Source: Ostreococcus lucimarinus
Taxonomy: Eukaryota
Direction: 5' to 3' (one strand)
Assembly: GCA_000092065.1 (NCBI GenBank)
Contig: CP000597.1
DNA: 64,000 nucleotides
Numbering within the stretch: position 1 is the first letter of the stretch; the number at the start of each line of letters is the position of its first letter. Positions 35,319 to 45,900 of the stretch are shown in pieces. The translations under genes and the position numbers were made by a program. The notes below the pieces were generated by a model. It was not told the origin of the DNA, searched no databases, and was given only the letters and a program-made list of their open reading frames with translations.

Positions 35319-36767
35319 ATGGATTCGTTGGTGAATGATGACGCGGCGGCGGCGGCGGCGGCGATGACGCGCGAGGACGACGCGACGGCGGCGATCGACG
35401 GCGCGGAGACGCGCGAGACGGGCGATGGCGGTGACATCGACGCACCGCGCGCGGACGAAGCGCGGAAACCGCCGACGAATCCGAATAAGAAACGGAAGTG
35501 CGCGGTGACGTTTGCCTACGTCGGCGCCGGGTACGCGGGCATGCAGCGAAACCCGGGCGTGCGGACGATCGAGGGGGAGCTGGAGGGCGCGATCGCGCGC
35601 GCGGGAGGGATATCCGATGCGAATGCGGGCGATTTCGCGAAAGTGCAGTGGACGCGGGCGGCGAGGACGGATAAGGGGGTGTCGGCGGTGGGGCAGGTGG
35701 TGGCGCTGAAGATGGTGTTGGAACCGAGCGGGATGGTGGAGAGGATTAACGCGGCTTTGCCGGAGCGATTTGAGGTGTTTGGGATCGATCGAGTCACCGG
35801 GGGGTTTAACGCGAAGACGATGTGCGATCGGCGACGGTATGAGTACGTGATACCGACGCGGGCGTTTGATCCGAATCTCGGCGCCGAGGGCGCGGCGGAG
35901 GCGTTCGCGTTTACGGAGGAGACGCGCTCGCGGGTGGACGGTGTGCTAAAAAATTACTGCGGGACGCATAATTTTCATAACTATACGGTTAAGGTGAAAC
36001 CAACGGACGCGCAAGCGAAGCGCTACATCATAAGCTTCGAATGCTCGGCGCCGTTTGAGGTGGAGGGCGAGCAATTCGTTCGGTGCCAAGTCGTCGGGCA
36101 GTCGTTCATGTTGCACCAGATTCGCAAGCTCATCGGCACCATGCTCGCCGTCGTTCGAGGTGAGCTGACCGAGGACGACCAGAAATTTGCACTGCTCACG
36201 CACGAATTCGTGCCGACGCCCATGGCGCCCGAACTCGGGCTCTTCCTTTGCGAGTGCATCTACAAGGCGTACAACGACAAATTCGGCGGCGTGCACGAAA
36301 ACTTTGAACTGGCCAAGTACAGCGAGCGAAGCGAGTCGTTCAAGCAAACGCACGTGTACCCGCACATCGCGAAACAAGAGCGAGAGGAATCAACCATGCA
36401 AAACTGGATCCGCGACGTCCTCTGCGGGCGCGATTTACGCGACCAATTCGACGCCGCCATGGCCGCCTCGCTCGCCCGAGACGAAACCCTCGACGTCTCG
36501 CGCGTCGGCCACAGACAATCAAAGAAGCGTCAATCCCTCGAGGATTCCCGCGCCGCGCGCGCCGACGCCGACGCCTTTCGAGACGTCCTCCTCGCCGGCG
36601 CCGATCGCGCCAAGTCTCGCAAGCTCTCCGTTCGTTTCAACGACAGGAGCGCCGAAATCGACCGCGCCGCGTCCGCCGCGCGCGTCGTCCCCATCGCGCC
36701 CCCCCCGCCCCCGACTTCTCGCGCTCGCGCGCTCGACGACGCCGAGCTCAGCGACGGTTCGCTGTAA
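35319..36767 (+). CDS. PUS1: tRNA pseudouridine synthase of the TruA/PUS1 family.
   Basis: KRKCAVTFAYVGAGYAGMQRNPGVRTIEGELEGAIARAG followed by the catalytic-Asp motif RTDKGVSAVGQVV matches TruA/Pus1 motifs I and II. YCGTHNFHNYT and FMLHQIRKLIG are also typical. ATG at 35319. The upstream 1.2 kb of the track ORF is antisense to the oxidoreductase gene. Confidence 0.85.
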   Translation: MDSLVNDDAAAAAAAMTREDDATAAIDGAETRETGDGGDIDAPRADEARKPPTNPNKKRKCAVTFAYVGAGYAGMQRNPGVRTIEGELEGAIARAGGISDANAGDFAKVQWTRAARTDKGVSAVGQVVALKMVLEPSGMVERINAALPERFEVFGIDRVTGGFNAKTMCDRRRYEYVIPTRAFDPNLGAEGAAEAFAFTEETRSRVDGVLKNYCGTHNFHNYTVKVKPTDAQAKRYIISFECSAPFEVEGEQFVRCQVVGQSFMLHQIRKLIGTMLAVVRGELTEDDQKFALLTHEFVPTPMAPELGLFLCECIYKAYNDKFGGVHENFELAKYSERSESFKQTHVYPHIAKQEREESTMQNWIRDVLCGRDLRDQFDAAMAASLARDETLDVSRVGHRQSKKRQSLEDSRAARADADAFRDVLLAGADRAKSRKLSVRFNDRSAEIDRAASAARVVPIAPPPPPTSRARALDDAELSDGSL

Positions 36768-36950
36768 CGCCCATCGACGCCCATTTTCATCGCTTCGCCT
36801 CCCTCGCGCCTCGCGTCCCGCGTCCGTCGCTCCCGCCTAACCACCCCTGACGAGTCGTGACCCATCGGGACCCCCGTCGAGTTTAAACCGTGCGCGCGAG
36901 CCGCGGGCGGTCGCGCACTTCGCGACGCGCCGTCGCGCGCTACGACGCGC

Positions 36951-39900
36951 ATGCGGCTCGACGACGGCGACGACGCGCGACGAAGGGACGCGCGCGCGGT
37001 TCGAGCGCGCGCGACGCGGACGCCGACGCGCGCGGCGACCACGCGCGGCGATGTCGTCGACGCCGCTGCCGCCGATGATGACATCGACGACGACGCCGTC
37101 GCGCGACCGGACGCGACGCGACGACGACGACGCGACGACGACGCGACGACGACGACGCGCGATGATGAGACGACGCGCGCGCGAGAGGGCGCGAGCGGAC
37201 GCCGGCGAGCGCGGGAACGAGGGAGAGCGACGAGGCGTCGTCGACGGCTCGGGACGGCGGCGGCGGCGGCGGCGACGGCGGCGTTGGCGGCGACGGTCGA
37301 GCGCGTCGGCGTGGACGCGTCGACGGCGCTCACGAAGGGGGTGGCGAGGAATGGTTTCGTGTCGTCGAGCGGGTATAAGTACTATAAGGTGAATGTGGCG
37401 TGCGTGGAGGCGGCGCAGCCGCTGACGTTGGAGCTGACGACGAGCAACGGGGACGCGAACTTGTACGTGTCTCGATCGGCGCAGCCGACGACTTCGTCGT
37501 ACGAACAGCGGAGCGTGAACGTTGGAAATGCGTTGGATTCGGTGACGATCACGAGTCCGGTGAATGGGTACTATTACGTGAGCGTGTACGGCGCGCTGTC
37601 CAGCACGTACAAGCTTCGAGCGCTCACGACGATGTTTACCGGGAAACATCCGTGCACGGGATTTCGAATCACCGATAGCGACGTCTCGAGCGTTGGCTCG
37701 GGATCTGGAAATCAGTTCATACTGCAAGAAGCGCTCACCGCGAGCGCGGCGGCGGGATTCACCGCGGATGTGTCCGTCGACGGCGACGTCATCCTCGGCG
37801 ACGCGTACACCGATTCGGTGACGGCGAAAGGAGAGCTCAAGCTCGGCGTGACGGACAGTACGTACTACGCCATCACGCGACAATCGCCGAGCGCACCGAG
37901 CAGCAACCCGGGCGGCGCTTTGTCGATCGTCGGCGCGAACGCGACCTATCAGGGGGGATCGGTAAAGATTCTCGGCGGAACGGGCGGTTCGGGGGCGGGC
38001 GGCGACGTCGTGATCGAGGCGGGGTCGGCGTCTGGCGGCAACGGTGGCGATTTGAAGTTACGTGGCGGCACGTCGAACTCAGGAACGGGCGGCGACGTCG
38101 TCATAGATGCCGGAGATAGCACGACACAAGCATCTTCGTACGAGGGCATCATTCACATAGGTCCAACTTCTGCGTCGTTTGTGCGCGTCGGCGAGAGTTC
38201 AAATAAGCAAGTTCAAACCGATATTTTCGGCGACTTGACGGTGCACGGAAATCTCTTGACAACGAATGATGTGGTGTACGCGAACAGCTACACGAGTTAC
38301 GTGCAGGTTTCAACCTCTCAAGACGGCATGTTTCATCAAGAAGTGCGCGCGCCAAAGATTACAGGTCTGGACGCGGAGGACATCACGGGCACTCCAACGA
38401 GCACGTTGACTTTAGACGCTGGCATGCGAGGGAGTCAGCAACACGTCGTGATCGCTCCGAGCGAGGCAACGGCGGTTTACATAGGTAGCAGCACATCCAC
38501 GATTCCGGTCTCGATAAGGCAAGGCGCGAACGCAGGAGACGTGCGAGTGCACGCTGATGGCAGCGGCGCGCTGTCCGTGACTTCGGCCGCAGGGCAGGAC
38601 CTGACGCTCGCGTCCGGCGACGACGTGGTGGTGACCACCGCGGCGAGTAAGACGCTCGCGCTGAAGCAGGACTCGACGAGCATTTTGAGCTGGGACGCGG
38701 CCGGCGCTGTGACTGTGAACTCCGTGAGCGGGCAGGACCTGACGCTGAGCACGGGCGGTAGCGCGGCCGTGACTGTGGACTCGACCGGGCAGGTGGGCAT
38801 CGGGACGACGACGCCGGGGAAGACGCTGGACGTCACCGGGACGGCGCGCGTGAGTGGCGCGACGACGCTGAGTAGCACGCTTGACGTGACTGGCGCTACG
38901 ACGCTCGCATCCGTGGGCGTGACCGGTGCGGCCACCGTCGGCGGGACTTTAGGTGTGACTGGCGCTACGACGCTCGCATCCGTGGGCGTGACCGGCGCGG
39001 CCACCGTCGGCGGGACTTTAGGTGTGACTGGCGCTACGACGCTCGCATCCGTGGGCGTGACCGGCGCGGCCACCGTCGGCACGACGCTCGGCGTGACTGG
39101 CGCTACGACGCTCACCGGCGACGTGACGATGAGCAACGACTTGACCGTGAGCGGTGCGCTTACTGTGACATCTGATGCCGCTGTGAGTTTGACCTCTGCA
39201 AGTGGTTCGGACGTGAGCTTGACGAGCGCCGGTACGGGTGGCATCGTGTTGACGTCGACGGACGACATCACGCTCGATGCTGCCGATGATGTGACGATCG
39301 ATGCCGCCGGTGCTTTGTCTTTGGAGCAGGGCGGGACGAGTATTTTGAGCTGGACCGACACCGGCGCTGTGACTTTGAACTCCTTAGGCGGGCAGACCCT
39401 GAGCGTGTCGAGCCTCAGCTCGGCCGGGAACGCGGGCGCCGTGAGCGTGTCCGGCGGCACGACGACTGGGACGTCCTCGAACACCGGCGGCGACTTGACG
39501 CTGCAATCTGGCGGCGCGCCCGCTGGCAGCGTGAACGGTGACGTTCTGGTGGACTCGGCCACTGGTCTAGGCACCGCCGGCTCGATCACGCTTCGCCAGG
39601 GGGTGGGCGGTGAGCGTGTTTCTGTGGACGCGAACGGCGCCGTGAGTCTGGACACGCACTCCGGGCAGGACCTGACGCTGAGCACGGGCGGTAGCGCGGC
39701 CGTGACTGTGGACTCGACCGGGCAGGTGGGCATCGGGACGACGACGCCGGGGAAGACGCTGGACGTCACCGGGACGGCGCGCGTGAGTGGCGCGACGACG
39801 CTGAGTAGCACGCTTGGCGTGACTGGCGCTACGACGCTCGCATCCGTGGGCGTGACCGGTGCGGCCACCGTCGGCGGGACTTTAGGTGTGACTGGCGCTA

Positions 39901-42900
39901 CGACGCTCGCATCCGTGGGCGTGACCGGCGCGGCCACCGTCGGCACGACGCTCGGCGTGACTGGCGCTACGACGCTCACCGGCGACGTGACGATGAGCAA
40001 CGACTTGACCGTGAGCGGTGCGCTTACTGTGACATCTGATGCCGCTGTGAGTTTGACCTCTGCAAGTGGTTCGGACGTGAGCTTGACGAGCGCCGGTACG
40101 GGTGGCATCGTGTTGACGTCGACGGACGACATCACGCTCGATGCTGCCGATGATGTGACGATCGATGCCGCCGGTGCTTTGTCTTTGGAGCAGGGCGGGA
40201 CGAGTATTTTGAGCTGGACCGACACCGGCGCTGTGACTTTGAACTCCTTAGGCGGGCAGACCCTGAGCGTGTCGAGCCTCAGCTCGGCCGGGAACGCGGG
40301 CGCCGTGAGCGTGTCCGGCGGCACGACGACTGGGACGTCCTCGAACACCGGCGGCGACTTGACGCTGCAATCTGGCGGCGCGCCCGCTGGCAGCGTGAAC
40401 GGTGACGTTCTGGTGGACTCGGCCACTGGTCTAGGCACCGCCGGCTCGATCACGCTTCGCCAGGGGGTGGGCGGTGAGCGTGTTTCTGTGGACGCGAACG
40501 GCGCCGTGAGTCTGGACACGCACTCCGGGCAGGACCTGACGCTGAGCACGGGCGGTAGCGCGGCCGTGACTGTGGACTCGACCGGGCAGGTGGGCATCGG
40601 GACGACGACGCCGGGGAAGACGCTGGACGTCACCGGGACGGCGCGCGTGAGTGGCGCGACGACGCTGAGTAGCACGCTTGGCGTGACTGGCGCTACGACG
40701 CTCGCATCCGTGGGCGTGACCGGTGCGGCCACCGTCGGCGGGACTTTAGGTGTGACTGGCGCTACGACGCTCGGCGGGACTTTAGGTGTGACTGGCGCTA
40801 CGACGCTCGCATCCGTGGGCGTGACCGGCGCGGCCACCGTCGGCACGACGCTTGGCGTGACTGGCGCTACGACGCTCGGCGGGACTTTAGGTGTGACTGG
40901 CGCTACGACGCTCGCATCCGTGGGCGTGACCGGCGCGGCCACCGTCGGCACGACGCTCGGCGTGACTGGCGCTACGACGCTCGCATCTGTGGGCGTGACC
41001 GGTGCGGCCACCGTCGGCGGGACTTTAGGTGTGACTGGCGCTACGACGCTCACCGGCGACGTGACGATGAGCAACGACTTGACCGTGAGCGGTGCGCTTA
41101 CTGTGACATCTGATGCCGCTGTGAGTTTGACCTCTGCAAGTGGTTCGGACGTGAGCTTGACGAGCGCCGGTACGGGTGGCATCGTGTTGACGTCGACGGA
41201 CGACATCACGCTCGATGCTGCCGATGATGTGACGATCGATGCCGCCGGTGCTTTGTCTTTGGAGCAGGGCGGGACGAGTATTTTGAGCTGGACCGACACC
41301 GGCGCTGTGACTTTGAACTCCTTAGGCGGGCAGACCCTGAGCGTGTCGAGCCTCAGCTCGGCCGGGAACGCGGGCGCCGTGAGCGTGTCCGGCGGCACGA
41401 CGACTGGGACGTCCTCGAACACCGGCGGCGACTTGACGCTGCAATCTGGCGGCGCGCCCGCTGGCAGCGTGAACGGTGACGTTCTGGTGGACTCGGCCAC
41501 TGGTCTAGGCACCGCCGGCTCGATCACGCTTCGCCAGGGGGTGGGCGGTGAGCGTGTTTCTGTGGACGCGAACGGCGCCGTGAGTCTGGACACGCACTCC
41601 GGGCAGGACCTGACGCTGAGCACGGGCGGTAGCGCGGCCGTGACTGTGGACTCGACCGGGCAGGTGGGCATCGGGACGACGACGCCGGGGAAGACGCTGG
41701 ACGTCACCGGGACGGCGCGCGTGAGTGGCGCGACGACGCTGAGTAGCACGCTTGGCGTGACTGGCGCTACGACGCTCGCATCCGTGGGCGTGACCGGTGC
41801 GGCCACCGTCGGCGGGACTTTAGGTGTGACTGGCGCTACGACGCTCGGCGGGACTTTAGGTGTGACTGGCGCTACGACGCTCGCATCCGTGGGCGTGACC
41901 GGTGCGGCCACCGTCGGCGGGACTTTAGGTGTGACTGGCGCTACGACGCTCGGCACGACGCTCGGCGTGACTGGCGCTACGACGCTCGCATCCGTGGGCG
42001 TGACCGGCGCGGCCACCGTCGGCACGACGCTCGGCGTGACTGGCGCTACGACGCTCACCGGCGACGTGACGATGAGCAACGACTTGACCGTGAGCGGTGC
42101 GCTTACTGTGACATCTGATGCCGCTGTGAGTTTGACCTCTGCAAGTGGTTCGGACGTGAGCTTGACGAGCGCCGGTACGGGTGGCATCGTGTTGACGTCG
42201 ACGGACGACATCACGCTCGATGCTGCCGATGATGTGACGATCGATGCCGCCGGTGCTTTGTCTTTGGAGCAGGGCGGGACGAGTATTTTGAGCTGGACCG
42301 ACACCGGCGCTGTGACTTTGAACTCCTTAGGCGGGCAGACCCTGAGCGTGTCGAGCCTCAGCTCGGCCGGGAACGCGGGCGCCGTGAGCGTGTCCGGCGG
42401 CACGACGACTGGGACGTCCTCGAACACCGGCGGCGACTTGACGCTGCAATCTGGCGGCGCGCCCGCTGGCAGCGTGAACGGTGACGTTCTGGTGGACTCG
42501 GCCACTGGTCTAGGCACCGCCGGCTCGATCACGCTTCGCCAGGGGGTGGGCGGTGAGCGTGTTTCTGTGGACGCGAACGGCGCCGTGAGTCTGGACACGC
42601 ACTCCGGGCAGGACCTGACGCTGAGCACGGGCGGTAGCGCGGCCGTGACTGTGGACTCGACCGGGCAGGTGGGCATCGGGACGACGACGCCGGGGAAGAC
42701 GCTGGACGTCACCGGGACGGCGCGCGTGAGTGGCGCGACGACGCTGAGTAGCACGCTTGGCGTGACTGGCGCTACGACGCTCGGCGGGACTTTAGGTGTG
42801 ACTGGCGCTACGACGCTCGCATCCGTGGGCGTGACCGGCGCGGCCACCGTCGGCACGACGCTCGGCGTGACTGGCGCTACGACGCTCGCATCCGTGGGCG

Positions 42901-45900
42901 TGACCGGCGCGGCCACCGTCGGCACGACGCTCGGCGTGACTGGCGCTACGACGCTCACCGGCGACGTGACGATGAGCAACGACTTGACCGTGAGCGGTGC
43001 GCTTACTGTGACATCTGATGCCGCTGTGAGTTTGACCTCTGCAAGTGGTTCGGACGTGAGCTTGACGAGCGCCGGTACGGGTGGCATCGTGTTGACGTCG
43101 ACGGACGACATCACGCTCGATGCTGCCGATGATGTGACGATCGATGCCGCCGGTGCTTTGTCTTTGGAGCAGGGCGGGACGAGTATTTTGAGCTGGACCG
43201 ACACCGGCGCTGTGACTTTGAACTCCTTAGGCGGGCAGACCCTGAGCGTGTCGAGCCTCAGCTCGGCCGGGAACGCGGGCGCCGTGAGCGTGTCCGGCGG
43301 CACGACGACTGGGACGTCCTCGAACACCGGCGGCGACTTGACGCTGCAATCTGGCGGCGCGCCCGCTGGCAGCGTGAACGGTGACGTTCTGGTGGACTCG
43401 GCCACTGGTCTAGGCACCGCCGGCTCGATCACGCTTCGCCAGGGGGTGGGCGGTGAGCGTGTTTCTGTGGACGCGAACGGCGCCGTGAGTCTGGACACGC
43501 ACTCCGGGCAGGACCTGACGCTGAGCACGGGCGGTAGCGCGGCCGTGACTGTGGACTCGACCGGGCAGGTGGGCATCGGGACGACGACGCCGGGGAAGAC
43601 GCTGGACGTCACCGGGACGGCGCGCGTGAGTGGCGCGACGACGCTGAGTAGCACGCTTGGCGTGACTGGCGCTACGACGCTCGCATCCGTGGGCGTGACC
43701 GGTGCGGCCACCGTCGGCGGGACTTTAGGTGTGACTGGCGCTACGACGCTCGCATCCGTGGGCGTGACCGGCGCGGCCACCGTCGGCACGACGCTCGGCG
43801 TGACTGGCGCTACGACGCTCGCATCCGTGGGCGTGACCGGCGCGGCCACCGTCGGCACGACGCTTGGCGTGACTGGCGCTACGACGCTCGGCGGGACTTT
43901 AGGTGTGACTGGCGCTACGACGCTCGCATCCGTGGGCGTGACCGGCGCGGCCACCGTCGGCACGACGCTCGGCGTGACTGGCGCTACGACGCTCGCATCT
44001 GTGGGCGTGACCGGTGCGGCCACCGTCGGCGGGACTTTAGGTGTGACTGGCGCTACGACGCTCACCGGCGACGTGACGATGAGCAACGACTTGACCGTGA
44101 GCGGTGCGCTTACTGTGACATCTGATGCCGCTGTGAGTTTGACCTCTGCAAGTGGTTCGGACGTGAGCTTGACGAGCGCCGGTACGGGTGGCATCGTGTT
44201 GACGTCGACGGACGACATCACGCTCGATGCTGCCGATGATGTGACGATCGATGCCGCCGGTGCTTTGTCTTTGGAGCAGGGCGGGACGAGTATTTTGAGC
44301 TGGACCGACACCGGCGCTGTGACTTTGAACTCCTTAGGCGGGCAGACCCTGAGCGTGTCGAGCCTCAGCTCGGCCGGGAACGCGGGCGCCGTGAGCGTGT
44401 CCGGCGGCACGACGACTGGGACGTCCTCGAACACCGGCGGCGACTTGACGCTGCAATCTGGCGGCGCGCCCGCTGGCAGCGTGAACGGTGACGTTCTGGT
44501 GGACTCGGCCACTGGTCTAGGCACCGCCGGCTCGATCACGCTTCGCCAGGGGGTGGGCGGTGAGCGTGTTTCTGTGGACGCGAACGGCGCCGTGAGTCTG
44601 GACACGCACTCCGGGCAGGACCTGACGCTGAGCACGGGCGGTAGCGCGGCCGTGACTGTGGACTCGACCGGGCAGGTGGGCATCGGGACGACGACGCCGG
44701 GGAAGACGCTGGACGTCACCGGGACGGCGCGCGTGAGTGGCGCGACGACGCTGAGTAGCACGCTTGACGTGACTGGCGTTACGACGCTCGCATCCGTGGG
44801 CGTGACCGGTGCGGCCACCGTCGGCACGACGCTCGGCGTGACTGGCGCTACGACGCTCGCATCCGTGGGCGTGACCGGTGCGGCCACCGTCGGCGGGACT
44901 TTAGGTGTGACTGGCGCTACGACGCTCGGCACGACGCTCGGCGTGACTGGCGCTACGACGCTCGCATCCGTGGGCGTGACCGGCGCGGCCACCGTCGGCA
45001 CGACGCTCGGCGTGACTGGCGCTACGACGCTCACCGGCGACGTGAGCGTCGGGACTTCCTCGGCTTTGAGTTTTGGTTCTGCAACCCGGCAGATGATCAA
45101 CTTATATGGAACAAACAACGCCATCGGCGTGCAATCGTCCACGATGTATTTTCGTAGTGCTTATAACTTTGCCTTTTTTGAAGGCGGCGTGTACACCAAC
45201 ACAGAGCTCGATCCGGGTTCGGGTGGCACTTTGCGCATGATGATTCAGAAAACCACGGGCAACGTCGGTATCGGGACGGCGAGTCCAGATTATGAACTCG
45301 ACGTGGTAGGCGATATCAACTTTTCTGGGAATCTCTATCAGGGTGGTTCGCTGTTTGCCTCCCCCTGGACGGAGAGCAGCGGTAACGTGTATCGCAGTAG
45401 CGGTAACGTCGGCATCGGGCTGACGAATCCGACCTACAATCTGCACGTTGCTGGAACGGGGCGCGTTAGTACGACGCTATCGGTGGGTCAAGATTTAACC
45501 ATCGACACGGCTGGCGACTTGAACTTTGCGGCGACGCATCGTCAGATGATCAACCTCCGCGTCGGCGCCGAGGGTTTCGGGATCGGGACGCAGATGGACA
45601 CGACGTACTTTCGCTCTCCGGGCCACTTTGCGTTCTACGAAGACGGAACGCACAGCACCACTGACTTGGACGCGAACGGTGGCACCGCGCGTCTGGTGAT
45701 CAGGAGCGGCGGGAAGGTGGGCATCGGGCGGACGAATCCGAGCTATGATCTCGACGTGGTAGGCGATATCAACTTTTCTGGGAATCTCTATCAGGGCGGT
45801 TCTCTGTTCCCGTCCCCCTCCCCCTGGACGGAGAGCGGCAGTAACGTGTATCGTAGTAGCGGTAACGTCGGCATCGGGCTGACGAATCCGAGCTACAAAC

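Noticed and set aside
38477-45142. 2221-aa ORF on the minus strand (P/V/T/A-rich) antisense to the giant repeat gene.
   Set aside because: It exists only inside the tandem-repeat array and has no unique N- or C-terminal domains. Its openness follows from the sense-strand codon composition, since the plus-strand codons in this repeat rarely reverse-complement to TAA/TAG/TGA. The plus-strand ORF extends 1.8 kb and 2 kb beyond the array on either side with recognisable domains.
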